Of a stretch of DNA of 64,000 nucleotides, positions 47,016-57,191 are shown one piece after another. The stretch comes from an uncultured Bacteroidota bacterium. Lineage in GTDB: Bacteria > Bacteroidota > Bacteroidia > Cytophagales > Amoebophilaceae. How positions within the stretch are numbered: position 1 is the first letter of the stretch; every line of letters begins with the position of its first letter. Position numbers and translations under genes: made by a program. The stretch spans positions 11,875 through 75,874 of the forward strand of contig CALOEX010000004.1 of assembly GCA_942492555.1 (NCBI GenBank), given 5' to 3'. Under the pieces are notes generated by a model. The model made no database searches. It was not told the DNA's origin and was given only the letters and a program-made list of their open reading frames with translations.

Positions 47016-48422
47016 ATGGCACATGCTAATATCCCACAGACAAAACCCTACAAATTAGCCCTACATATTTTTCGTAGAGACTTTCGTTTAAAAGATAACA
47101 CAGGTTTAATACATGCTCTACAACAAGCAGAAAAAGTGATTCCCTGCTTTATTTTTGATCCGCGTCAAATCGAAGAAAACCCCTATAAATCCAACCATGC
47201 CATTACTTTCATGATACATTCATTATGTGACCTTATCGATCAACTTATAGCCAAAGGAGGTAAATTATATCTTTTTTACGGCATTGCACACGAAGTTGTT
47301 ACCAACATCATACAAAAAATACCTATAGACCTAGTAACCTACAACAAAGATTACACTCCTTTCTCCCAGCTACGAGATCAATACATTCAAAACACCTGTC
47401 AAACATACAACATAGATTGCCATGCATCCTCAGACATCCTCTTAAATGAACCAGAAACCATCCATAAAAAAGATGGTTCCCCCTATACAGTTTTCACTCC
47501 CTTTTTTAACCATGCCAGCATGTTTCACATTGCAACACCACACATCAACCAATCAACAAATTACTATAATGAACCACTAGAAAACGATAAAGGCAAAACA
47601 TTATTACATGAAATGCTACCACCTCCCAACAAACACATAGCACTACAAGGAGGAAGAAAAGAAGCTAAAAAACTCCTACACCAAATCATTTCCAATCATA
47701 CAACATGCTGTGACATACCCAGACTTCATGGAACATCACACCTCTCTGCACATCATAAATTTGGCACAATTTCCATCCGAGAGACCTACCACGCACTTAA
47801 AAACATAGATCATACCCACTATGCACCCGTGCGACAGTTGTATTGGCGTGATTTTTTTGTCCACATCGCTTATCATTTTCCCCATATATGGCATGGTCCT
47901 TTTCATAAAAAATACATCCAGATTCCTTGGAGCAATCATGTAGATCTATTTGAAAAATGGTGTCATGGAGAAACAGGATTTCCAATTATAGATGCAGGCA
48001 TGAAAGAATTAAATACAACAGGGTACATCCACAATCGCATACGCATGATTACCGCTTCCTTTTTAGTAAAACATCTTCATATAAATTGGCAGTGGGGAGA
48101 ACATTATTTTGCACAACAATTAATCGATTACGATCCTGCTGTCAATAATGGAAACTGGCAGTGGGTAGCTTCCACAGGATGTGATGCACAACCTTATTTT
48201 CGCATTTTTAACCCTTGGTTACAACAGGCTAAATTTGACCCCCAATGCACTTATATAAAAAAATGGCTTCCTCAACTATACAGTTTTTCACCTAAGCAAC
48301 TACATAATCTATACAAAGTACCTCTGTTGACAAAAACGTACCCAAAACCCATTGTAGACCATGCAACAGCCGTGAACCATACAAAAAAAATATATCAAAT
48401 TATCCGAAATATCCAAGACTAG
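47016..48422 (+). CDS. phr: Deoxyribodipyrimidine photolyase / cryptochrome family protein
   Basis: HIFRRDFRLKDNTGL, YWRDFF, GYIHNRIRMITASFLVKHL.INWQWGE.YFAQQLIDYDPAVNNGNWQWVASTG.DAQPYFRIFNP. Confidence 0.93.
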   Translation: MAHANIPQTKPYKLALHIFRRDFRLKDNTGLIHALQQAEKVIPCFIFDPRQIEENPYKSNHAITFMIHSLCDLIDQLIAKGGKLYLFYGIAHEVVTNIIQKIPIDLVTYNKDYTPFSQLRDQYIQNTCQTYNIDCHASSDILLNEPETIHKKDGSPYTVFTPFFNHASMFHIATPHINQSTNYYNEPLENDKGKTLLHEMLPPPNKHIALQGGRKEAKKLLHQIISNHTTCCDIPRLHGTSHLSAHHKFGTISIRETYHALKNIDHTHYAPVRQLYWRDFFVHIAYHFPHIWHGPFHKKYIQIPWSNHVDLFEKWCHGETGFPIIDAGMKELNTTGYIHNRIRMITASFLVKHLHINWQWGEHYFAQQLIDYDPAVNNGNWQWVASTGCDAQPYFRIFNPWLQQAKFDPQCTYIKKWLPQLYSFSPKQLHNLYKVPLLTKTYPKPIVDHATAVNHTKKIYQIIRNIQD

Positions 48423-48564
48423 GAAAATAAAGAACACCCTAATTTTCAAAAAATTACCATAGTTCAAACATGTTATGTACATTTGTGTCAGCATATCATA
48501 TAGATACAATCATCTATTGTATACTCTTGAGTTTTTGTAAAATTTTTGTTTTAAAAAGATACAT

Positions 48565-51528
48565 ATGTTTAAATATTGCAATAAAAAAAGTTTTAAAAAC
48601 TTTGCATTCCTACTTTCGCTTATTCTTTTTATTACTTTCAATAACATGGCTATTATTGAAGCAAAAGATAGTAACCAAAACGAAATCACAGAACTAAAGA
48701 TCTTAAAGGAAAGAGCTAAAAAGATAGTAGACGACATAAAACACTTCTTAATCAAGTCACAAAATAGTATAGAAGAAGAAACAAAAAACAACCTTGAAGC
48801 AATTCAAAAAGCACTTGAAGTCGCAATAAAGGACCAGAACATAACACCGAAAAAACTCAAAGCGATACTGCAAAGAGCTTCGGATGTAAGAATCCAAGCT
48901 ATCGCAGACTACGTAAAAATATACACTTTACTCCCTTATATGAGTGAAGAGACATATCAAGATCAAAATAATAAAACAAAGTTGCAAGAAATACTGCAAG
49001 AACTAGCCGTTGCTATTGGTACAGGCGATGAAGCATTGTTGAGCGCAGTAAAAAAAGATATTTCCAAAATTTATCAAGAAAATTTAGAAGCTCGAAAAAA
49101 AAGCATTTTAATAGAAACAGTACATGATTATATAAACACAATAGACCGGTTCTTAAGCCAAGAAGGGATAGATGAGGCTCAAAAAACAACATTGCAAGAA
49201 GCAAAAAAAGCATTACAAAATAGCAAAGAAGCTACACAAAGTGTACAAGAAGAAGAGGTAGAAGAGGCCTTCTTAGTTATGCAAAAAGGATTCGCAAATG
49301 AGTTATTAAAAGAAATGGATAAAATCATTTTATCTGAATCTGATCAAGTAATACTCAAAGAAATAAAAGAATCCTTAACAGCAGCAATAAAAATACAAAA
49401 ACCCTCTTGGTTTTATTCTACCCCCCTCCCGGTATCCCCATCAGGTTTAGCAAATCTAAACAAAAAAGCTATTGCAGCATGTTCTGACTTTTACAATAAT
49501 CAAACAACACAAGAAAAAAATCCAAAACGTGCAATAATGGAAAAAATATTTCCGAGGGACTCCAATAAAATGCCTTCTGAATTAGCAAAATTAGAACGTT
49601 GTTATAAAAAGATCGATCATATCAAAGAACTTACATTGCTAGCTGTAGAAAATAGCGTTGATGATGCTTTAGAGTCTATACATAATATTGAATACTATAG
49701 CTATATTTCTGATACAATACAAAAAAAGATAGAAAGTACCAAGCAAGGAATCTTAAATTCTTGGTATATCTTTGAATCAAACCAGACTTTAAAAAAATCA
49801 AGAAACAATCTAGAAAAAAAAGTAAAAGAAACGAATGAAGCATATGTAGCAATCGTCCTGATGATAGCTGACGAGGTAGCAAACCAAGCACAAACTGATT
49901 CAAAAAATAATACAAAACTACAAATAGCAGGGGAAAAAATAACATCTATTTTAAACCAACTTGAAAAACTAACTGATAAGAAACTCTTAAATCAGCTCTT
50001 AAATAGAATAGATGAGGCTTATGTACGTATTTTATCTTGCCATATTGCAAAAGAAGAAACAACTTCAGCAGACCTAGAACTTTTCCAAACAGAATTGTGT
50101 ACCGTGAAAAAAAGGATAGAAGCAAAAAAACAAAACATGTCTTACACAGATGAATCATACCGTGATCAATTGCCATATATTGAAGATGTAAAGGCACAAA
50201 GAGAGATTACGGAGGCAGATGAAATAATTCTAAACATGAAGGAAATAAATAGTAGGAAATATAGCAAAGAAACAACGTACGAAAAATTGTACTTAAAACA
50301 GCTAATAAGAGCTATCAATAAATGCTTTTCTGAACAAACAGCACATAATCTCTCAAACCTTAGCAAGGTAAAGGCAAAAATGCTAGTAGTCCTTAATAAA
50401 AAACGCTTAGAAGAAGCTAAGAGTATCATTGAAACACTAAAAAAACATCCACAAAAAAAATATAAACTTTCGATGACACTATCTCTCCTAGAATCTAAAA
50501 CAGAAGAGTATAAAGAATCCGTACAACAAAAACAATCTCAAGAGGTATCCTCCTCAAAAATATTTGACATAAAGAAGACATGGAAAAATAGGGCGATTAC
50601 TTATTCTTCTCCAGAATCAGAAGAATCACAGCTCTTAAAAGAGATCAATGAACTAGTAAAAGATCTATATCGCTCGTTGCATAAAAATGACTTTGAGATC
50701 ACCATACTAGAAAAAGCAATCAAGAAGATGCAAAAAAATAGTGCTGAGAAACTCATAATCCGTAAGATTGAATTTTTGATCGAAACTATAAAATATATGC
50801 CAAACACTGCTAACTTTAAAACTGTGCAAAATCAACTTAAAGAAGAACTAGCTAGCTACAAAAAAGATAAAACTCCCCAAGCATACCAATCCATGGTTAA
50901 GCAATTGCAAAATACAGAAAAAACATTGTTTAAGTTCCAACAACCACAAAAAAAATTCGTAAATCCAGCAAATTTGTCCCCATTACAGAAGGAATGGGGT
51001 ACATTGGAAGGCTCTTATCTAAAAAATCCCACGTCAGAAAACCAAACTAAATTACAACAAACATTAGACGAAATAAATAAAATCAAGCTCGAATCATACA
51101 AATTAAAGTGGATAATGAATCAGCCTTTTAATTCTGGGTCCCAAAGTGCTTCTATGTTAGAACAAAATCCCCAAGCAGAAAAAAACAAAAAACCAGCAAA
51201 ACCCACAATCCAAAAATTCCTCAAAATAGTAGAGCCAAGTCCTATGCATAAACAACATCCCATGTCAGAAAAAAACATAGAAATAGCAGAACCCACAACC
51301 CAAAAATTCCCCAAAATAGTAGAACCAAGTTCTGTGCATAAACAACATCCCATGTCAGAAAAAGATATAGTAACAGTAGAACCCACAACTCAGCTAGAAA
51401 AAGACACAGTACAAAAAACAAATAATGCTATTTTTGATATGGATAACCCAATGTGGATTCTTATGTTGCTATTAGGTTTCCTAAACTTGATAGTTTGGAG
51501 TCTTTACCTTTTCCGTAGGAGAAAATAA
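48565..51528 (+). CDS. Large secreted coiled-coil protein with C-terminal TM anchor
   Basis: 987-aa ORF with signal-like FAFLLSLILFITFNNMAIIEA, K/E/Q-rich helical sequence throughout, 30-aa repeats near the end and a terminal WILMLLLGFLNLIVWSLYLFRRRK. Confidence 0.7.
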   Translation: MFKYCNKKSFKNFAFLLSLILFITFNNMAIIEAKDSNQNEITELKILKERAKKIVDDIKHFLIKSQNSIEEETKNNLEAIQKALEVAIKDQNITPKKLKAILQRASDVRIQAIADYVKIYTLLPYMSEETYQDQNNKTKLQEILQELAVAIGTGDEALLSAVKKDISKIYQENLEARKKSILIETVHDYINTIDRFLSQEGIDEAQKTTLQEAKKALQNSKEATQSVQEEEVEEAFLVMQKGFANELLKEMDKIILSESDQVILKEIKESLTAAIKIQKPSWFYSTPLPVSPSGLANLNKKAIAACSDFYNNQTTQEKNPKRAIMEKIFPRDSNKMPSELAKLERCYKKIDHIKELTLLAVENSVDDALESIHNIEYYSYISDTIQKKIESTKQGILNSWYIFESNQTLKKSRNNLEKKVKETNEAYVAIVLMIADEVANQAQTDSKNNTKLQIAGEKITSILNQLEKLTDKKLLNQLLNRIDEAYVRILSCHIAKEETTSADLELFQTELCTVKKRIEAKKQNMSYTDESYRDQLPYIEDVKAQREITEADEIILNMKEINSRKYSKETTYEKLYLKQLIRAINKCFSEQTAHNLSNLSKVKAKMLVVLNKKRLEEAKSIIETLKKHPQKKYKLSMTLSLLESKTEEYKESVQQKQSQEVSSSKIFDIKKTWKNRAITYSSPESEESQLLKEINELVKDLYRSLHKNDFEITILEKAIKKMQKNSAEKLIIRKIEFLIETIKYMPNTANFKTVQNQLKEELASYKKDKTPQAYQSMVKQLQNTEKTLFKFQQPQKKFVNPANLSPLQKEWGTLEGSYLKNPTSENQTKLQQTLDEINKIKLESYKLKWIMNQPFNSGSQSASMLEQNPQAEKNKKPAKPTIQKFLKIVEPSPMHKQHPMSEKNIEIAEPTTQKFPKIVEPSSVHKQHPMSEKDIVTVEPTTQLEKDTVQKTNNAIFDMDNPMWILMLLLGFLNLIVWSLYLFRRRK
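51202..51395. repeat. 90-bp in-frame tandem repeat x about 2.2 (PT.QKF.KIVEPS..HKQHPMSEK.I...E)
   Basis: Units start at 51202, 51292 and 51382 (cccacaa...), read directly. Confidence 0.9.
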
Positions 51529-51793
51529 AGCAAAAACATCCCAAAAGGCAAATGCTACATTGGTGTCACAAAAAAATTTCCATTGGTTTATACATCTCTC
51601 TTGATCTGTGAGACTAGAAACTTAATATGCAAGCACAAAAGTGATTATAAAAAACACCTACATGAACCCATGAGAGGAGTTACAAACGTAAAAAATTATA
51701 ATTAAAAACACTCCCAAACCTTACTATGCCCATTCCAATAAAAAAAGCAATAAAATAGCATGACTTATCTTTTGAAAATATAGGAATACTTGG

Positions 51794-51801
51794 TATATTT
51801 G
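51794..51801 (+). promoter_or_regulatory. Candidate -7 box TATATTTG with TTTG -33 element for the tRNA-Glu/Pro pair
   Basis: TAnnTTTG ends 6 nt before tRNA-Glu position 1. A TTTG lies at 51771-51774, 19 nt upstream. Confidence 0.55.
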
Positions 51802-51807
51802 TGCCAT

Positions 51808-51879
51808 GGCCTGTTCGTCTAGGGGTTAGGATATCAGGTTTTCATCCTGAAGACAGGGGTTCGATTCCCCTACGGGCTA
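51808..51879 (+). tRNA. tRNA-Glu (TTC)
   Basis: ggcctgt-tc-gtctaggggttagga..., anticodon stem tcagg/cctga, loop ttTTCat, T-arm agggg-ttcgatt-cccct, 3' acceptor acgggct. Confidence 0.85.
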
Positions 51880-51893
51880 CTTTAAAAAATTTT

Positions 51894-51967
51894 CGGGATG
51901 TGGCGCAGTCCGGTAGCGCACTCGTCTGGGGGGCGAGAGGTCGTAGGTTCAAGTCCTGCCATCCCGA
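51894..51967 (+). tRNA. tRNA-Pro (GGG)
   Basis: Acceptor cgggatg/catcccg, D-arm gcgc-agtccggta-gcgc, anticodon stem ctcgt/gcgag, loop ctGGGgg. Confidence 0.85.
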
Positions 51968-52070
51968 CGACTAATGTAGCGCGTGAACAGCGTATAGAAG
52001 TTACGTTTTATAGCATGTATTTGCATTGGTATAGTGTCGTTTTTTCATATCATATCATATCATTTTTTTT

Positions 52071-55000
52071 GTGGGACATTTTACTTTTTACAAACAGCTC
52101 GATCTTAGTGCTATTGCCGAAGATATATTAGCCTTATGGAAAAAAGAGAATACTTTTGCAAAATCATTGGCACAAAGACAAAATGATCCTAAAGCTCATT
52201 TTTATGAAGGACCTCCAGGGGCAAATGGATTGCCAGGTATTCACCATGTTTTTTGTCGGACACTCAAAGATATTTTTTGTCGTTATAAAACAATGCGTGG
52301 GTATTTTGTAGAGCGTAAAAGTGGATGGGACACACATGGATTACCCGTTGAAATGACAGTAGAAAATGAGCTAGGTATAACAAAAAAAGATATTGGGCAT
52401 ACCATTAGTATTGCCAAGTATAACCAAGAGTGCAAAAAAACAGTACTACGCTACCAAAAAGAATGGGAAAGCATCACAGAGCGCATTGGCTACTGGTTAG
52501 ATTTACAAAATCCCTATGTAACCTGTGACAACCACTACATCAGTGCCGTTTGGGGAATTATCAAAGCTTTATACCAAAAAGGATATATTTATAAAGGACA
52601 TAGCATTCAGCCCTTTTCACCCGTTGCAGGCACTGGTTTAAGCAATCATGAACTTAATCAACCAGGTTGTTACAAAGAAGTAAAAGACGTGAGTTTAACA
52701 GCACAGTTCGCCATTATAGATATGCCTAATACATATTTTTTAGCATGGACAACAACACCTTGGACACTGCCTGCCAATAGTGCCTTAGCAGTAAATCCCC
52801 ACTTATCCTATGTAAAAGTCAATACCTATAACCGCTACACTTTACAGCCCATTACCGTGATTTTAGCAACATCAACCCTAGAGAGATTCTTTCAAAAAGA
52901 AAAACAGCAATTCGGCATCATGATGCCTCCCAAAGACAAAAAAGAAAAAATGCCTTGGCAAATTGTAGCAAACCATACTGGTAAAGATTTTATTGGTTGT
53001 TATTACAAGCAACTCCTTCCCTATATTAAAGTGTCAGGAGACGCTTTTCGTGTTATTCCAGGAGATTTTGTAAATGCGGATGAAGGTACAGGCATTGTAC
53101 ACATAGCCCCAACTTTTGGTGCAGATGATGCCCATGTGGCTAAACTGCACCGTATTCCTGCTGTAACCATTCTTGATGATATAGGACAAGAAGTACCCAT
53201 CGTAGATCGGCAAGGACGTTTTGTACAAGAAATTACCGATTTTGCAGGAAGATATGTCAAAAGTGCCTATGAGCCAGATAATACTACTCATACACTATCC
53301 GTAGACACAGAAATCGCCATCCATCTCAAAAAAAGCAACCGCGCTTTTTGCGTAGAAACCTATCAGCACAGCTATCCACACTGTTGGCGTACAGACAAAC
53401 CCATTCTCTACTATCCTTTAGATGCTTGGTTTATTAAAACCACTGCATGCAAAGAAAAACTCATTGCACGAAACCATGACATCCGTTGGCAACCCACCAG
53501 CACAGGGCAAGGACGCTTCGGTGATTGGCTAAAAAATTTAGTAGACTGGAACATAACACGAGATCGCTTTTGGGGAACCCCACTCCCCATTTGGTCCACA
53601 AAAGACCAGCAAGAAACCATTTGCATTGGCAGTATAGAACAACTTCGTCAAGAAGTAAAAAAATCAGTAGCAACCGGATACATGGAAACACCCCTACCTC
53701 AAGATTTCGACCTACACCGACCCTATGTAGACAATATCATCCTAGTCAGCTCAAAAAAAGAAAAAATGTTTCGTGAACCAGGCGTATTTGATGTGTGGGG
53801 AGATTCAGGTGCTATGCCCTACGCACAACACGCAACCGGAGAAAAAGAAATAGATACAAGCAAACCACCACTAGCATTCCCCGCTAACTTCATCATAGAA
53901 GGCATTGATCAAACACGTGGCTGGTTTTTTACACTACATACCCTAGCAGTTATGCTACACGATCAAGTAGCTTTTAAAAACGTACTTTCAACAGGTTTAG
54001 TACTTGATAAAAATGGGCAAAAAATGTCCAAAAGATTAGGAAACGTCATCGATCCCAACATAGTTTTAGACCAATACGGCCCCGATGTACTTCGCTGGTA
54101 CATGATTGGCAATGCAGACCCTTGGGATAATTTAAAATTTGACATCACAGCCCTATCCGAAGTAAAGCGTAAATTCTTTAGCACCCTATACAATACCTAT
54201 CAATTTTTTGCCCTCTACGCCAACTTAGACAACTTTACAGGCAAAGAAACCCTAGTACCCATCACGACAAGCGACAAATGGATACTCTCCCGTTTGCAAC
54301 ACATCATTACAAACGTTAGCAACGCCCTAGAAAACCTAGCACCTACCCAAGCCATTCGCACCATACAAGACTTCACCATCAACGAACTAAGCAACTGGTA
54401 TGTACGCCTCAATAGAAAACGCTTTTCAAAAAGACAATATAACCAAGACAAACAAAGCGCATACCAAACACTCCATCATTGCTTAGTAACCATCACAAAA
54501 CTCGCGGCTCCTATAGCACCTTTTTATATGGACCATTTATACAGGGACCTAATAAAAACAACACAAACAAAATCTGTACACTTAGTCGATTTTCCCATTG
54601 CAGACACAACACAAACGGACCACAACTTAGAAAAAGCAATGGCACAAGCACAAACCATTTGTTCTTTAGTACACAGCCTCCGTAAAAAACACAACATCAA
54701 AGTAAGACAGCCACTACAACGCATCCTCTTACCCATAACATCCATACAAAAAAAACAGATAGAAACAGTTGTCCACCTCATTTTAAACGAAACAAATGTT
54801 AAACACCTCGAATTTATCAATGAAACACACCACATTCTATCCAAAAAAATAAAGCCAAACTACACCAAACTCGGCAAAATTCATGGCCCGAAAATCAAAG
54901 AAATACAACAAATCCTACATACATTAAACCAAAAAACAATAGCACAATTCGAAAAAGAAAAAAAAATAACCCTTTTACTATCTGATAAAACACCTATTCA

Positions 55001-55382
55001 TCTAACACTAGCAGATGTAATCCTAGTCACTGAAGACATTGCAGGATGGGCAGTAGCCAAAGAAAACAACATCACTGTTGCCTTAGACCTACATCAAAAC
55101 CAAGATCTTATACAAGAAGGCATTGCACGAGAACTAGTAAGTCGCCTACAAAACATACGTAAAAAAAAAGAACTACTCGTTGATGACAAAATCACCTTAA
55201 CACTTAGCACCACAGCAGAAACATTACAAACCGCCCTCCAAAAACATCAACCATACATCATGCAAGAAGTACAAATAAAAAACATCATTTGGGAAAGCCC
55301 CTTCCATTTCAACAACCTCACCACAGCAGAATCCATCGAGTTAGATGAAGGCACAATACAAATAGCAATATCCAAAGCATAA
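52071..55382 (+). CDS. ileS: Isoleucine--tRNA ligase (long, type-2 form)
   Basis: FYEGPPGANGLPGIHHV (HIGH region), KMSKRLGN (KMSKS), editing-domain blocks. No in-frame ATG precedes the conserved N-terminus, so GTG 52071 is the likely start. Confidence 0.95.
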   Translation: MGHFTFYKQLDLSAIAEDILALWKKENTFAKSLAQRQNDPKAHFYEGPPGANGLPGIHHVFCRTLKDIFCRYKTMRGYFVERKSGWDTHGLPVEMTVENELGITKKDIGHTISIAKYNQECKKTVLRYQKEWESITERIGYWLDLQNPYVTCDNHYISAVWGIIKALYQKGYIYKGHSIQPFSPVAGTGLSNHELNQPGCYKEVKDVSLTAQFAIIDMPNTYFLAWTTTPWTLPANSALAVNPHLSYVKVNTYNRYTLQPITVILATSTLERFFQKEKQQFGIMMPPKDKKEKMPWQIVANHTGKDFIGCYYKQLLPYIKVSGDAFRVIPGDFVNADEGTGIVHIAPTFGADDAHVAKLHRIPAVTILDDIGQEVPIVDRQGRFVQEITDFAGRYVKSAYEPDNTTHTLSVDTEIAIHLKKSNRAFCVETYQHSYPHCWRTDKPILYYPLDAWFIKTTACKEKLIARNHDIRWQPTSTGQGRFGDWLKNLVDWNITRDRFWGTPLPIWSTKDQQETICIGSIEQLRQEVKKSVATGYMETPLPQDFDLHRPYVDNIILVSSKKEKMFREPGVFDVWGDSGAMPYAQHATGEKEIDTSKPPLAFPANFIIEGIDQTRGWFFTLHTLAVMLHDQVAFKNVLSTGLVLDKNGQKMSKRLGNVIDPNIVLDQYGPDVLRWYMIGNADPWDNLKFDITALSEVKRKFFSTLYNTYQFFALYANLDNFTGKETLVPITTSDKWILSRLQHIITNVSNALENLAPTQAIRTIQDFTINELSNWYVRLNRKRFSKRQYNQDKQSAYQTLHHCLVTITKLAAPIAPFYMDHLYRDLIKTTQTKSVHLVDFPIADTTQTDHNLEKAMAQAQTICSLVHSLRKKHNIKVRQPLQRILLPITSIQKKQIETVVHLILNETNVKHLEFINETHHILSKKIKPNYTKLGKIHGPKIKEIQQILHTLNQKTIAQFEKEKKITLLLSDKTPIHLTLADVILVTEDIAGWAVAKENNITVALDLHQNQDLIQEGIARELVSRLQNIRKKKELLVDDKITLTLSTTAETLQTALQKHQPYIMQEVQIKNIIWESPFHFNNLTTAESIELDEGTIQIAISKA

Positions 55383-55472
55383 GTCCATCAATGCCCTTTC
55401 TTCTACCCTGTAAACAGGAAATAAAAAAAAGAAAAAAACAATACATATATACATCTCTGTATCAATTCACTA

Positions 55473-55955
55473 TTATTCCTCACTACCCACTTTTCCCCCT
55501 ACTTCCTTAACAAAGGAAGTCACCTTCTGTTTTTCATCTTCAAGTTTTAGGGTGAGTTCCCGTATCATTTCTTCCAGCTGTTTCTTTTCCTTTTTGTGCT
55601 GGTGTACAATGTTATTCACCTCTGTTGCAAAAAGTTTACGCATCCTTTCAACTTTTTGTTTTTCTTCTTGCACTGATTTGGTAAGGTTTACAAAAGTGGC
55701 TTCTCTCTCTTTTATAAACTGTTGCGTAACCATTAAATCTTTTTTTGTTAACTGTAAAGCACTTTTAAGATCTATCACTTCTTGCGATATTTGTATTTTT
55801 TGCTTGTTCTCTTCTAACTGTTTTTTCATACAATTTTTAGGAGTAACATCATTACATTCTTTAAGATCACTTTCGCTATTGATAGCACTAGCATAAAGCT
55901 GAAAACCCAGCACAAGCACACATATGTAAAAAAGTATATATTTTTGCATTTTCAT
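55473..55955 (-). CDS. Small secreted coiled-coil protein
   Basis: MKMQKYILFYICVLVLGFQLYASA signal peptide followed by heptad-like K/E/Q-rich sequence. 160 aa. Confidence 0.6.
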   Translation of the reverse strand: MKMQKYILFYICVLVLGFQLYASAINSESDLKECNDVTPKNCMKKQLEENKQKIQISQEVIDLKSALQLTKKDLMVTQQFIKEREATFVNLTKSVQEEKQKVERMRKLFATEVNNIVHQHKKEKKQLEEMIRELTLKLEDEKQKVTSFVKEVGGKVGSEE

Positions 55956-56187
55956 GATTCAGTACATTTGTTTAAAACAAGGCTACATATTACGAATTTT
56001 TTACAAAAAATCAAATAGATAAAAAACTAAGAGGCTTTTTTTAACGCTCTATTAAATCTTTGGAAACAGAAGGATCTATAGTTGCTCTCTTGCGAAATCA
56101 GGTCACTTTTGTAACAAATCTATTTTTTTAAACTGTGACACAGTTTGATAACCTCACCTTTCCAAGGTGTTTTAAAGCTTCACACTT

Positions 56188-57141
56188 TCATGTCTGCTCT
56201 TGCAGTATTTGTGCGATAAGTGCTGGATCAACACCTGCTTTGCGCATTTTTGCTACCATGGCTTTTCTTTCTTCTTCTTTTCCTTTTTCCATACCTTCTG
56301 CAAGCCCTTCTTGTTTACCTTTCTTCATACCTTCTGTAAGCCCTTCTTTTATGCCTTTTTTTATGCCTTTTTTCATACCTTTATCCATAGCATCCGCCAG
56401 GCAAGCTTCATGGTCAAGCTCTCTTTTTTGTGCTGCATTGTAGGTATTGAGCTCTTCTTGCGTCCAATTCACCCCTTCTAGCTCATCAAATGCTTTTTGG
56501 ATAATGATGTCTTTTCCTGCGAGCTTTTCCAGTGTTTCTCTATTGATCTCTTCTGCTTTGGCGAGGAAGTAGTAGAATTTTTCCTCTAAAGAGAGAGTGC
56601 TAATATCTTCTGGACAGATTGCCAAAAATTTGGGAAGCTCCACAAAGACAAACCTTAGGGCTGTGAGGTGATGGTTGAGCGAATTTTTTTCCAGGGTAAT
56701 GTGTTCTGTTTTGTGTTTTTTTTCTTTGGGAAAAAGGATATAGTTGGTAAATGCCAAAAAAATAACCTTTTTGAGATTTTGATAAAGTCTTCCTACACTA
56801 GCTTGGTCTACATAGGCTTTTGCAGCATAATATTGGGCACGTTTCTCAAATCCTTGTCGGGAAGCAACCTGCATTTCAATAATGTATTGACAACCATCTT
56901 GGTCTTTGCACAAGACGTCCACAATGCTCTGTTTTTGCGAGCTTATTTCTGGATCTTGTATCGTTTTTAAAAACTGCACATCTTCAATAGGACCGTGAAA
57001 AGATTTTTTAAGCACAGCATTGAGCATGGCTATGAGAATCTTTTTGTTTTTTTCTTGCCCAAAGATACGTTTGAACGCAAAGTCGTTTTGTGGATTGAAA
57101 TATTTTGTAATGACCATATGCAAAGATACGATTTTGTGCAT
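56188..57141 (-). CDS. Rpn-family recombination-promoting nuclease / PD-(D/E)XK putative transposase
   Basis: N-terminal NPQNDFAFKRIFG, nuclease core DVLCKDQDGCQYIIEMQV, C-terminal G/K/E repeats KGMKKGIKKGIKEGLTEGMKKGKQEGLAEGMEKGKEEE typical of this family. Confidence 0.8.
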   Translation of the reverse strand: MHKIVSLHMVITKYFNPQNDFAFKRIFGQEKNKKILIAMLNAVLKKSFHGPIEDVQFLKTIQDPEISSQKQSIVDVLCKDQDGCQYIIEMQVASRQGFEKRAQYYAAKAYVDQASVGRLYQNLKKVIFLAFTNYILFPKEKKHKTEHITLEKNSLNHHLTALRFVFVELPKFLAICPEDISTLSLEEKFYYFLAKAEEINRETLEKLAGKDIIIQKAFDELEGVNWTQEELNTYNAAQKRELDHEACLADAMDKGMKKGIKKGIKEGLTEGMKKGKQEGLAEGMEKGKEEERKAMVAKMRKAGVDPALIAQILQEQT

Positions 57142-57191
57142 GAATGATCAAATGGCTATATTTTTTGTTAATGCTTATTGCCGGGCTTTGT

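Noticed and set aside
47016-48422. Photolyase in a putative obligate intracellular symbiont, considered as an anomaly or HGT signal.
   Set aside because: The gene is intact and typical of the family. Retaining light repair is plausible for symbionts of free-living protists, so there is no sequence-level oddity beyond the regional A+C skew already reported.
52045-52063. (ATCAT)n microsatellite-like tcatatcatatcatatcat just upstream of the ileS GTG start.
   Set aside because: It is short (about 3.5 units) and has no obvious structure. It is probably incidental, although it adds uncertainty to the ileS start call.
55956-57191. Tried to define the Rpn-nuclease gene as a complete insertion sequence.
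   Set aside because: No terminal inverted repeats or target-site duplications were visible in the flanks, so only the CDS is reported.
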